Positions 9,008-19,829 of a DNA stretch of 64,000 nucleotides are shown piece after piece. The notes under the pieces are model-generated. The model saw nothing but the letters and a program-made list of their open reading frames with translations. It made no database searches and had not been told where the DNA came from. A program made the translations under genes and the position numbers. Origin of the DNA: Candidatus Aminicenantes bacterium (lineage in GTDB: Bacteria; Acidobacteriota; Aminicenantia; Aminicenantales; Saccharicenantaceae); assembly GCA_963727095.1 (NCBI GenBank), contig CAVSEQ010000005.1:534952-598951 (forward strand), written 5' to 3'. How positions within the stretch are numbered: the stretch's first letter is position 1; each line of letters begins with the position of its first letter.

Positions 9008-9035
9008 ATTATAGATAACGCGCGCCAAATGTCAA
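9008..9035 (-). promoter_or_regulatory. Sigma70 promoter for acpS-acs-ACP-kbl
   Basis: TTGACA-16 bp-TATAAT on the minus strand. Confidence 0.75.
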
Positions 9036-9060
9036 AGCCGGGCGGCGCCCCTCCAAGAAG

Positions 9061-9109
9061 AGGCCAGGTCTACTTTCTGCTAAAAAGTAATGAAAAGTAG
9101 GCCTGGCCT
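9061..9109. repeat. Second copy of the GGCCAGGTCTA inverted-repeat element
   Basis: GGCCAGGTCTACTTTCTGC is identical to the reverse complement of the 2654-2672 arm. Confidence 0.75.
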
Positions 9110-9134
9110 CTTCTTCATTGACCGCTTATCAACC

Positions 9135-9521
9135 TTACAGGCTGTCGATGACTTTGTTGAGTTTGGCCCGGACTTCCTGCCCCAAGGGCTCGAGAGCCGG
9201 GTTCCCGACGGCCTGCATGGAGGCCACAGGATCGATGGCCGCGACCTCGATCCGGCCGTCCGCCGCTTCCTGGACAATGACATTGCACGGCAGCATCAAA
9301 CCGATCTTGTCCTCGGCCAGGAGCGCCTTGTACGCGAACGGCGGGTTGCAGGCACCAAGGATTCGGTAATTCCGGAAATCGGCATTCATTTTCTCTTTAA
9401 GTGTTTTCCTGACGTCGATCTCAGTCAGGACGCCGAATCCTTCTTTCTTGAGCTCCGCCTTCACCTTGTCGACGGCCGCGTCGAACGGTCCGTCGATCAG
9501 TTTACTGATGTAGTAACTCAT
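9135..9521 (-). CDS. DUF302 family protein
   Basis: [26 protein letters not shown]. Confidence 0.88.
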   Translation of the reverse strand: MSYYISKLIDGPFDAAVDKVKAELKKEGFGVLTEIDVRKTLKEKMNADFRNYRILGACNPPFAYKALLAEDKIGLMLPCNVIVQEAADGRIEVAAIDPVASMQAVGNPALEPLGQEVRAKLNKVIDSL

Positions 9522-9609
9522 CTCAAGGACCTCCCCTTATAAGCATTCGGCCAATGAACGGGGCCATTATAGGGGCAACTCCGGGAAAAGCAAGGGCGCC
9601 TCAGCGCCG

Positions 9610-10371
9610 TCAGGGCTTTCGGCCTAGGAGCCCGAGGGCGTCCTCTTCCCCAAGGTAATGATAGCCTACTAGACGTCCATTAAAAACGATATTGAAGACT
9701 CCGTACGGTGAGGGGGATCGGGCTTGGACATCAGCGGCCGTCCGGAATCTGACAACGCGGGCCTTTATCTTTTTCCTCGACGCCGCATCCAAAAGAATCT
9801 GACACGCGTCCGGATGATAGGGGCATTGGCCCGAGCTGAGAATCGTCAATCCATTGCCGAACCGCTCGGCGCGCGCGGCCCAATCATGAGGAAAAGAAGG
9901 TTTTGGACCCTGCTTGAGCTTCTTGACCATCAGAGTGAAGGAAGGCGGCGCGGAGTCGATGGCTTTGAAGCCGTGGCCTTCGAGAAGTTTTTTCCCGGCC
10001 AGCCAATTTCCCTCGCTCGTCACCATGGCCACTCCAAGCATCCCGGCTTTCCTGGCGTCTTTGACACATTCATCGAGGAGCGCGGCCCCGAAACCCTTTC
10101 CTTTGCTCTTCCCTATGACCCAGAGGCAATGAATGACCATATAGCCCGCGGCATTCACGGCCCGCCAAGCGAATTCGCCGGGGATATACTCGATAAAGCC
10201 GCGCTCCGGCAGCTTGAGCATTTTGATCCGCATCCCCTCATCGAACCGCTCCCTTGCCCAGGCGACCTTGCTGAGAAAGCCCTCAGACTTCCGCTTGCTC
10301 ATGTAACAGAAGAAGCCCGTCTCCTCGACATTCGAGCGGTCAACCGTGATAATCTCTGTCTTCTCCGTCAT
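9610..10371 (-). CDS. GNAT acetyltransferase with C-terminal YoaP-like domain
   Basis: FIEYIPGEFAW, IHCLWV..KGKGFG, QCPY, PSPYG. Confidence 0.82.
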   Translation of the reverse strand: MTEKTEIITVDRSNVEETGFFCYMSKRKSEGFLSKVAWARERFDEGMRIKMLKLPERGFIEYIPGEFAWRAVNAAGYMVIHCLWVIGKSKGKGFGAALLDECVKDARKAGMLGVAMVTSEGNWLAGKKLLEGHGFKAIDSAPPSFTLMVKKLKQGPKPSFPHDWAARAERFGNGLTILSSGQCPYHPDACQILLDAASRKKIKARVVRFRTAADVQARSPSPYGVFNIVFNGRLVGYHYLGEEDALGLLGRKP

Positions 10372-10579
10372 TTTCAGCACCTTTCGGGACCCGGACACGG
10401 ACACCCTCGCCGCCATTTTAACCCAGGTCACCCGTGGCTGCTAGAGGAGGGAGCAAGCGCGGAGGTGCTCCTTAGGCCCTCCCCGAAATTTCTTTTGCCT
10501 GGCTGGCACGTGACCGCTATAATCGGACAGGCGATCCGGCTTGGCGCCGGCGCCATTTTAGAAAGGGAAATCAATCGTC

Positions 10580-11782
<1,203 letters not shown>

Positions 11783-11898
11783 TCCGGGGACACAATATCC
11801 ATTCCCTATTTTGTCTGCCCATAACAGATATCGAGGAGCAATTCCGGAAGCAGGTACTGAATTCCGAATTTCCCGCAGGATTTCGCCGGATCTCGACG

Positions 11899-12671
11899 CT
11901 ATTTCCGGTGGACCAGCGTCACCGAAGCTTGGGCCGTCGGCATAACGATCATCTCGCTGACGTTGACGTGGGGCGGACGTGTCGCGCACCAAACCACGGC
12001 ATCGGCGATGTCGTCAGGCGAGAGCGGCGTCAGCCCCTGATAAACCTTGCCGGCACGCTCCCCGTCGCCGTGGAACCGGACAAGACTGAATTCCGTCTCG
12101 ACCATGCCCGGGGCGACTTCGCTCACGCGGATGGGGGTTCCGTTGAGGTCGAGCCTCAGCCCGCGCGTCAGGGCCCGCACCGCGAATTTCGTCGCACAGT
12201 AGACGTTGCCGTTCGGATAGACCTCGTAGCCGGCGATGGAGCCGATGTTGATGACGTGGCCGGCCCCGCGCGCAACCATGCCCGGGATAACCGCCCGGCT
12301 GACGTAGAGCAGGCCTTTGATGTTCGTGTCGATCATCTCTTCCCAGTCGCTCACAAGACCCTGGTGCAGTTTATCGAGCCCGCGGCTGAGGCCGGCATTG
12401 TTGACCAGGACCTCGATCGCCCGCCATTCCTCGGGCAGCGATGCGACCGCCTTGTCGACGGCCGGCTGGCTGCGGACGTCGAGCGCGAAGTGATGGACAG
12501 GAACGCCGAATTCCTTCCGGAGTTCGCCGGACCAGTTTCTAAGGCGGTCGGCGCGCCGCGCGCACATTAGGATCCTCGACGCCTTGAGCGGCAAATGCCC
12601 GTGCACAGGACTGTCCAATTCCAGCAGCTCGCGCCGCTGACGAAAACGACTTTATCTTTCATGGAATACAT
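11899..12671 (-). pseudogene. YdfG-like NADP-dependent 3-hydroxy-acid SDR; 5' end broken by several single-base indels
   Basis: VNNAG, NIGS, YCATK, PPHVN intact; MKDKVVFVSGAS and AGIGQSCARAF lie in two other frames. Confidence 0.8.
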
Positions 12672-12894
12672 GTTCGCTCTCCTTGTGTTTCAGATGATCG
12701 GATCTAACTGAACTGAGCCTCCACGATGGCGTCGAACATCAGCCGATATAACCCTAACTTCACTCATGGCCCAAGGATATCGAATCGCAAGCACGGTTGT
12801 AAAGCCGCAACCCGGCATTGGCGGCCGCCGCACCTTTCGAAAGGGCAAACAAAACATGATGTCCGGGGCCGGACCGATCGGGCTTGCGACCCGG

Positions 12895-12923
12895 TTGCTT
12901 CGGCCCTCCGCCGGGTTTATACT
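12895..12923 (+). promoter_or_regulatory. Sigma70-like promoter
   Basis: TTGCTT-17 bp-TATACT upstream of GTG 12940. Confidence 0.55.
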
Positions 12924-12939
12924 TTGCTCGAGACCTAAC

Positions 12940-13182
12940 GTGGTTCCGCAGATACCGTACAGAGCGATCGGGATCGGGCTCGGGCTCATCCTCGGCATTT
13001 GGGCGTTTGCTCATGCCGAGACGAGGGGGAAGGCCATTATCGCCGCGGCGATGGCCGTTCTTTTCTTCCTGCCGGTCCTCATCCGGACCTCATGGGCCTC
13101 GACGTTCAGCGGCATCGGCTGGGCGCTTCTCGGCGTGGCGAGCTATGTCTATTTGCGCTGGGCGGGCGTCGCGATTCGATAG
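12940..13182 (+). CDS. Small membrane protein (about 3 TM)
   Basis: Hydrophobic 80-aa C-terminal part of ORF 12766-13182; start inferred from promoter position. Confidence 0.6.
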   Translation: MVPQIPYRAIGIGLGLILGIWAFAHAETRGKAIIAAAMAVLFFLPVLIRTSWASTFSGIGWALLGVASYVYLRWAGVAIR

Positions 13183-13194
13183 AAGGAGGGGGAA

Positions 13195-14841
13195 ATGACA
13201 ACAAAATCCATTCGGCGGCGGGATTTCCTGGGATCGATGCTGGCCGGGCTTCCGCTCGTATCGCTCGATTGGGCGAGCTTTCCGCGGGGCCCGCAAAGCG
13301 CGGCCGACCGGAAACAGGGCGGGAACGACTATGACGCCGTCATCATCGGCGCCGGCCTGGGCGGCCTGAGTTGTGCCGCGGCCTTCGCGCGCCAGGGCTT
13401 CCGGCCGCTCGTCCTGGAAAAGCACATCAAGCCGGGCGGCTATGCCACGACCTTTCATCGTCCCGGGGGTTTTGTGTTCGATGCCTCGCTGCATTCCACG
13501 ACCGTCTCGGCCCGAAACGGCGTCTTCGACCTCATTCCCGGTTTCCCCGAAATCCAGGGCATCGAGTTCGTGCCTCACCACACCCTCTACCGGGCGATCT
13601 ATCCTGACTACGACATCCGCGTCCCGGAACGGAATCTCCCCGCCTACGTCGCCGATCTGGTCGGCAAGTTCCCCGATGAGAAGGCCGGGATCGAAGGATT
13701 GTTCGACGATATGAAGGGGCTCTCGGCCGACATCAGCAAGCTTGCCGCCGCCGGGGACCGCCCTAACATGACCCACTTCGTCCAGGACTATCCTTATCTC
13801 GCCAAGACCATGGGCAAGGCCTGGGGGGCCATGGTGGACGCCCGCCTCAAGAACCCCAAGCTCAAGGCCATCGTCTCCGCACAGTGTGGCTATTTCGGAC
13901 TGCCGCCGTCGAAGCTTTCTCCATACTATTTCGCCCTGCCCACGATCGCTTATCTCGAGAACGGCGGGTTTTATCCGGTCGGCAAATCCCAGAAGATCTC
14001 CGATGCTTTCACGAAATTTATCGAGGACCACGGCGGCAAAGTCATGTTGAGGTCACGAGTCGACAAGATCATCGTGAAAAACGGCGCCGCCGTCGGCGTC
14101 AGGACGACCGATGGCCGGGAGTTCACGGGAAAGGCCGTCGTTTCAAACGCCAACGCACCCGACACGTTCAAGAAAATGCTCGACGAGCCGGACCTCGTCA
14201 AGGCGACCCTGGCCAGGATGGAGAAGCTCAGCATCAGTCTGTCTTCATTCCAGGTCTTCCTCGGCTTGAAGAAAGATCTCCTCCGGGAGCTCGGCATCAA
14301 GGACAGCGAGATCTTCTATAACACCGGCTACGACGTCGAGGAGGATTACAAGGCGATGGTCCGTGGGGATTTCACGAACCCGGGCTTCGGCGCGACCCTC
14401 TACGACAACTTGTACAAGGGCTACTCCCCCGACGGGAAGAACACGCTGTCCATCATGACCCTTCAGGGCTTCGAACACTGGGAAAAGTACACGGACGACT
14501 ATCTTGCCGGGAAAAAGGACGCCTACAATGTCGAGAAGCAGCGGATGGCCGACATCCTGATCGACCAGGCCGAGAAGGTCTTGTTGCCCGGGCTTCGCAA
14601 GGCCATCGAGGTCCGGGACGCGGCGACCCCTCTGACCAACCTCCGCTACACCGCAAACACGCGGGGGGCCATTTATGGCTGGGACCAAACGCTCGACGAC
14701 TCGGGTCCGTCGCGATTCCCCCAGCGGACGCCCGTCAAGAATCTCTATCTCGCCGGCGCCTGGACTTTCCCAGGGGGCGGATACGGCGCCTGCATCCCGA
14801 GCGGCCTTTTGTGCTTCGCCGAAATCATGAAAAGTTGGTGA
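13195..14841 (+). CDS. FAD-dependent phytoene-dehydrogenase/retinol-saturase-like oxidoreductase with Tat signal
   Basis: SIRRRDFL; IIGAGLGGL; ATPLT..RYT...GAIYG; LYLAGAWTFPGGG. Confidence 0.85.
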   Translation: MTTKSIRRRDFLGSMLAGLPLVSLDWASFPRGPQSAADRKQGGNDYDAVIIGAGLGGLSCAAAFARQGFRPLVLEKHIKPGGYATTFHRPGGFVFDASLHSTTVSARNGVFDLIPGFPEIQGIEFVPHHTLYRAIYPDYDIRVPERNLPAYVADLVGKFPDEKAGIEGLFDDMKGLSADISKLAAAGDRPNMTHFVQDYPYLAKTMGKAWGAMVDARLKNPKLKAIVSAQCGYFGLPPSKLSPYYFALPTIAYLENGGFYPVGKSQKISDAFTKFIEDHGGKVMLRSRVDKIIVKNGAAVGVRTTDGREFTGKAVVSNANAPDTFKKMLDEPDLVKATLARMEKLSISLSSFQVFLGLKKDLLRELGIKDSEIFYNTGYDVEEDYKAMVRGDFTNPGFGATLYDNLYKGYSPDGKNTLSIMTLQGFEHWEKYTDDYLAGKKDAYNVEKQRMADILIDQAEKVLLPGLRKAIEVRDAATPLTNLRYTANTRGAIYGWDQTLDDSGPSRFPQRTPVKNLYLAGAWTFPGGGYGACIPSGLLCFAEIMKSW

Positions 14842-14847
14842 GCCGCC

Positions 14848-15414
14848 CTATTTCCAAAGGTGCTCGACAAGGGTCTTGATTCCGATTGCAATCAGGAGCA
14901 CGCCGCCCAAAAGTTCCGCCCGCTTCCCGGCCGCACGGCCGAGGGCCGGACCGAGCTTTGAGCCGATAATCGTGATGATGAAACAGACGCCGCCGATAAC
15001 GAAGGCCGGCAGGAGAATCTGCGCTTTAAGGACGCCCAGGCTTAACCCGACCGCCAGGGCATCAATGCTCGTCGCCGTCGCCAGAAGCAGCAGCCCTATG
15101 CCCTTTGTCCGGTCCGGCCGGCAGGCCCTCTCTTCGTCGCTCTGATGGAATGATTCATAGATCATCCGGCCGCCGATAAAGCCCAGCAGGATGAAGGCCA
15201 CCCAGTGGTCGATGCCCCGGAAAAACCCCAGCAACTCGTCCCCGGCCAGCCAGCCGGCAAGCGGCATCCCGAACTGGAAGAGGCCGAAGAAGAAGGCCAT
15301 CCGGAAGGTCTGCCGATTCGTCAGACCTTTGGGCCCGCAGGCCAGGCCCATGGACACGGCGAAGCAGTCCATCGCCAGCGCTACGGCGATTCCCATGACG
15401 AGAATGAAACTCAT
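14848..15414 (-). CDS. mntP: Manganese efflux pump MntP
   Basis: ALAMDCFAVS, FGLFQ..MP, DHW, ATSIDALAVG. Confidence 0.9.
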   Translation of the reverse strand: MSFILVMGIAVALAMDCFAVSMGLACGPKGLTNRQTFRMAFFFGLFQFGMPLAGWLAGDELLGFFRGIDHWVAFILLGFIGGRMIYESFHQSDEERACRPDRTKGIGLLLLATATSIDALAVGLSLGVLKAQILLPAFVIGGVCFIITIIGSKLGPALGRAAGKRAELLGGVLLIAIGIKTLVEHLWK

Positions 15415-15497
15415 GTTATGTGCCGTCGGGCGCCCATTATACCAGAGCCCCACGGCAGGCAAAAGGAATCCGCTCAGGAGCAAGCGCTGAAAATCGA

Positions 15498-16018
15498 TCC
15501 AGATACTTTGCAGGAATTCCGCTTCGAGTCACTTCGCCGAAAGAACAAAATCCAAGAATCGCCTCAGATATTTCCCACCAGCGAGGCGTCGAGCTTGTCC
15601 GCATTGGAACATAAGAGCGGCCCGATTTAGTACTTTTTTCAGATGTTTCCCAGAATTGCGGCTCCGAGTCACTTCGCCGCAATTCTGATGGTCGTTTCCA
15701 AGAGTCCGCTCCCTGCCGGAGGAAGGCGTGGGAAGGCCGAGCGGCAGGGAGCGGACTCTTAGGAGCGACCAGCACCACCGCAGCTTTGCTGCAGTGGTGG
15801 CACGGCTGCTCATCAAAGCGGCGGTGAGGCCTACCCGTAAGCCCCCGTAGCGGAGGGGGTCCCGGCGCCTGGCGACGGGGGAACCGACGGGACTGGTTCC
15901 CGGGGGAGCGGTAGCGCGGGGGCCAAGGGTAGGCTCACTGCCGCTGAGCGAGGACTGTCCCCGTGCGGGTTTGACTCGCCGGGGCAAACCCGCGACCTGC
16001 CGGAGGGAATACCCCGAG
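15498..16018. repeat. Composite palindromic mosaic between divergent mntP and uvrA
   Basis: Inverted head motifs at 15689-15718 and 15742-15771, several hairpins, and block 15841-15999 closely matching 56382-56552. Confidence 0.85.
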
Positions 16019-16082
16019 CTCTCCCCCTATCGCGAAGTAGGCGCAGGCCGGCCGTGCTATAATAACTAATTAGGCTAAAGGC

Positions 16083-18830
16083 ATGTCGAGCACAGAGAAA
16101 ATCATTCTCCGCGGTGTCAAGGTCCACAACCTCAAGAACCTGGACCTCGACGTCCCGCTCGATAACCTGATCGTGATCACAGGAGTCAGCGGTTCGGGGA
16201 AATCCTCGCTAGCTTTCGATACGCTTTACGCCGAGGGCCAGCGCCGCTACATCGAGTCCTTGTCGTCGTACGCCCGCCAGTTCCTGGAGCGTATGGACAA
16301 GCCTGACGCCGAGCTCATCGAAGGCATCCCGCCGGCTATCGCCATCCAACAGAAAGCGGCGACCAAGAACCCCCGCTCGACCGTGGCCACGGTGACTGAA
16401 ATTTATGATTTTCTGAGGGTCCTCTACGCCCGGATCGGCACGGTCCATTGCCTCTCGTGCGGCAAGCCGGTCAAAAGAGACACGATCGACAGCATCATCG
16501 ACGACCTCGGCCGCCTGGAAAAAGGAACCAAAGCCCTGATCACCTTCGCCTGGCCGGCTGATAAAGCGACCTCCTTGCTCAAAAAGGACGGCTTCGCGCG
16601 GACGATCGTCGCCGGCAAAGTCGTCGAGCTCGGCGACAGTCCCGAGGCCCGAGGTAAGACACCGCTCGAGGTTCTCGCCGACCGTGTGACTATCGGCGTC
16701 GATGAGCGGGAACGTCTCGTGGATTCGCTCGAACTGGCCATGAAAAAGGGAGGCGGCCGGGCCAGAGTTCGGCTCGAGAACGCGGGAGAACTCGCGTTCT
16801 CGGACAAGCTCGAATGTAAGGCGTGTGCCGTCACGTACGACGAACCGTTCCCCAACCTTTTTTCGTTCAACAGCCCTCAGGGCGCCTGCCCCGAATGCCA
16901 CGGTTTCGGAGATCTCGCCGTCATCGACGAGGACAAGATCGTGCCGGACAAGATGAAGACCCTGGAGCAGGGTGCGGTCGAGCCCTGGACAAAACCCCTG
17001 TCCCGCGGCATGCAGCGCGAACTTCTGACCGAAGCCAGACGGCGCCGCATCCCGACGAATGTTCCCTTCAAAGACCTCAAGAAGGAACACCAGCGCTGGG
17101 TTTTCGAAGGCGGGGACGGCTATCACGGCGTCAAAGGATTCTTTGACTGGCTCCAGTCCAAAAAATACAAGGTCCAGGTGCGGGTTCTCCTCAGCCGGTA
17201 TCGGAAGTACGTGCCCTGCGCGGCCTGCGGCAAGACGCGTCTCAATCGGCAGGCCCTGAGCGTCCGGATCAAGGGCATCACCATCGGCGAGTGCGTGCGG
17301 ATGACCGTCGGCGAGGCGTTCGAGTTCTTCAAGTCCGTCGAGTTGGCGCCTTTCGAGCGGCAGGTCGCGGACAAACTCATCCTCGAAATCCAGAACCGTC
17401 TCAAGTTCCTGCTCGAGGTCGGGCTGGACTACATCACTCTGGACCGCATGACGTTCACCTTGAGCGGCGGCGAGGCCCAGCGGATCAACCTGGCGGCGGC
17501 CCTGAGCGCTTCGCTTGTCGGCACGCTGTTCGTCCTCGACGAGCCGTCCGTCGGCCTTCATCCCCGCGACAATCACCGTCTCATCCGCATCCTCCGCTCA
17601 CTCAGAGAGATCGGAAACACCGTCGTCGTCGTCGAGCATGACCCCGAGATCATTAAGGCCGCCGACTATGTCATCGACATGGGCCCGCGCGCCGGTGAGG
17701 CCGGCGGCGAAGTCATGTTCGACGGCCCCTGGGCAAGCTTTCTCAAGAGCCGTAAGTCACTGACATCGAAGTATATGCGCGGCGAGAGGCAGGTTCCCGT
17801 CCCGGCGTCACGGCGGCCGGCCAGGTCCTTCATCGAGATCAAAGACGCGCACAAACACAACCTCAAGCACATCGACGTACGCATCCCGCTCGACGCATTC
17901 ACGTGTGTCACGGGCGTCTCGGGCTCCGGCAAGAGCACGCTCATTTACGATGTCCTCTATCAGGGGTTCGAGGGTCTCAGCGAAAACGGCTTCCGGGAGA
18001 TCAAGGGCAAGGATAAGGTCAGCAAGATCATCATGGTCGACCAGTCGCCTCTCAGCGCTTCGCCCCGTTCTATCCCGGCAACTTACACCAAGGCCATGGA
18101 CGGCATCAGGGACCTCTTCAGCCAGACGCGCGAGGCCCGCCTCATGGGCTTCCGGCCCGGGTACTTCTCGTTCAACACGGCCGGCGGACGCTGCGAAGAC
18201 TGCAAAGGCGCCGGATTCCAGGTCGTCGAGATGCAGTTTCTGTCCGACGTGAGCCTGACATGCGACGCCTGCAAGGGCAAGCGGTTTAAAAGCGAAATCC
18301 TGGATGTCCGTTACGGCGGCAAGAATATCGACGAGGTCCTGGCCATGAGCGTCACGGAGGCTTGCCTGTTCTTCGCCGACCGGCCTGAGATAACCAAAAA
18401 GCTCTATCCACTGGTCGAGGTCGGACTCGGCTACCTCAAGCTCGGCCAGCCCACAACGACGCTCTCGGGGGGCGAGCTGCAACGGATCAAACTCGCCTAT
18501 CACCTGGTCCACGAGAAGGGCAAGAAGATTCTCTATCTCTTCGACGAACCGACGATCGGCCTTCATGCCAATGACGTGGCCGTCCTGCTCCGATGCTTCC
18601 AGAAGCTTGTCAACGAAGGGCACACCGTCGTCGTCATCGAGCACAACCTGGACGTCATTAAGAACGCCGATTACGTCCTCGACCTCGGCCCGGAAGGCGG
18701 AGAGGCGGGCGGGAATCTGGTAGCCCGCGGCACGCCGGAGCACGTTTCGTCGGTACGGGCGTCGATTACGGCGCAGTTTCTGAAGGCTGCTTTGAAGAAG
18801 CCACGACCGATCTCATCCGACGCGGAATAG
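16083..18830 (+). CDS. uvrA: Excinuclease ABC subunit A
   Basis: Two GVSGSGKS Walker A, LSGGE signatures, Zn-finger CxxC pairs, [11 protein letters not shown]. Confidence 0.96.
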   Translation: MSSTEKIILRGVKVHNLKNLDLDVPLDNLIVITGVSGSGKSSLAFDTLYAEGQRRYIESLSSYARQFLERMDKPDAELIEGIPPAIAIQQKAATKNPRSTVATVTEIYDFLRVLYARIGTVHCLSCGKPVKRDTIDSIIDDLGRLEKGTKALITFAWPADKATSLLKKDGFARTIVAGKVVELGDSPEARGKTPLEVLADRVTIGVDERERLVDSLELAMKKGGGRARVRLENAGELAFSDKLECKACAVTYDEPFPNLFSFNSPQGACPECHGFGDLAVIDEDKIVPDKMKTLEQGAVEPWTKPLSRGMQRELLTEARRRRIPTNVPFKDLKKEHQRWVFEGGDGYHGVKGFFDWLQSKKYKVQVRVLLSRYRKYVPCAACGKTRLNRQALSVRIKGITIGECVRMTVGEAFEFFKSVELAPFERQVADKLILEIQNRLKFLLEVGLDYITLDRMTFTLSGGEAQRINLAAALSASLVGTLFVLDEPSVGLHPRDNHRLIRILRSLREIGNTVVVVEHDPEIIKAADYVIDMGPRAGEAGGEVMFDGPWASFLKSRKSLTSKYMRGERQVPVPASRRPARSFIEIKDAHKHNLKHIDVRIPLDAFTCVTGVSGSGKSTLIYDVLYQGFEGLSENGFREIKGKDKVSKIIMVDQSPLSASPRSIPATYTKAMDGIRDLFSQTREARLMGFRPGYFSFNTAGGRCEDCKGAGFQVVEMQFLSDVSLTCDACKGKRFKSEILDVRYGGKNIDEVLAMSVTEACLFFADRPEITKKLYPLVEVGLGYLKLGQPTTTLSGGELQRIKLAYHLVHEKGKKILYLFDEPTIGLHANDVAVLLRCFQKLVNEGHTVVVIEHNLDVIKNADYVLDLGPEGGEAGGNLVARGTPEHVSSVRASITAQFLKAALKKPRPISSDAE

Positions 18831-19021
18831 GACCGCCCGGCTAAACAAGGATCCCCAAGGTGAACCGGGTCTCCACCCGACTCGTCACTGCGGAATATCG
18901 GCGTCTCTCCGCCCGTCGCCTACGGACAACTGCTCAGGTCATTAACGGAAGCTGAATCCCCTGGGCGACTCCTCAAAACCCCCAGCTTGAGGAAGTTCTC
19001 AGACCGTATTCAGACGGATAA

Positions 19022-19214
19022 AGTGTTCTCTTATAGTACACATTATTTAATTAATATCTAATTACTTATATTTAAATCATTTAGTCGCATGTTATATCAT
19101 AGTAGTGTTCATTTATGATGCATATTTGTAAATTGTGCTATTATATTATATTATTCGTAACATAATCATAATAAACATCTTATATTAGTTTCTGGCCCGT
19201 GGCACCTTTCTTGC
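19022..19214 (+). promoter_or_regulatory. Sigma54 (-24/-12) promoter with AT-rich upstream region and candidate enhancer sites
   Basis: TGGCAC-N5-TTGC at 19200-19214; AGTGTTCnnTTAT at 19022 and 19104. Confidence 0.75.
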
Positions 19215-19254
19215 CTTTTAAAACGGCGCAAGGCTAAGGAAGGAGCCATGGACA

Positions 19255-19818
19255 ATGACAAAAAATATTTGTGCCTTTCTCATGCTGACCGCCGCGTTCT
19301 GCGGCATAGTTCGCGCTGCCGATAGCTCGAGCGAAATCCTGGTCACTACCCCAATCGGGCCGTCCATTGCGATTCGGCTCGCTGAAAGCCCTGTCCCTGC
19401 ATACTTGGTCATGGACACGCCAATTCCTGTGAGTGCCCCCAATCTCGCCGGTCCCAGTCTCGCCATCCAAGGCATTGTCCCGGCCTTCCGGCCTTCCATC
19501 AGTTTCGGCAAGGGCTTTTTTGAAGCCAACCTCATCGCCATGGTCGGCCTCAATATCGCCGATTATCTTTCGACCAGACAGGCCCTCAAGTACCCCGGGC
19601 TCCAAGAAACCAACCCTCTTATGAAACCCTTTGTTAAGAGCCCCGCCGCCTTCGCCGCCGTGAAGATCGGAACCACGGCCCTGACCTACTGGAGCTTCAA
19701 GGCGCTCTTCAAGCACAACAGGACCCTGGCCTGGATCATGACCACGGCCTCCAATGCCCTGCTTTCGGTCGTCGTAGCCAACAACCTCAGTCACATCCAG
19801 CAGGCGCGGCTTCGCTAA
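19255..19818 (+). CDS. Exported/membrane protein with DUF5658-like C-terminal domain
   Basis: Signal peptide, Pro-rich linker, NIADYLST...ETNPLM...VKIG. Confidence 0.7.
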   Translation: MTKNICAFLMLTAAFCGIVRAADSSSEILVTTPIGPSIAIRLAESPVPAYLVMDTPIPVSAPNLAGPSLAIQGIVPAFRPSISFGKGFFEANLIAMVGLNIADYLSTRQALKYPGLQETNPLMKPFVKSPAAFAAVKIGTTALTYWSFKALFKHNRTLAWIMTTASNALLSVVVANNLSHIQQARLR

Positions 19819-19829
19819 GGACCCCCTCC

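Noticed and set aside
12831-12870. c-di-GMP-I riboswitch suggested by GGGCAAAC
   Set aside because: No following P2 stem with GAAA loop or GACGCAAAG.
15415-15500. yybP-ykoY riboswitch upstream of mntP
   Set aside because: An extended -10 (TGGTATAAT) sits ~22 bp from the start, leaving no room; no motif seen.
15529-15987. ORFs starting MPRRVKPAR here and at 56253-56540 as a protein family
   Set aside because: Similarity comes from the GC-rich repeat; lengths and frames diverge; no RBS.
19022-19195. oriC DNA-unwinding element
   Set aside because: No DnaA-box cluster; better explained by the adjacent sigma54 promoter.
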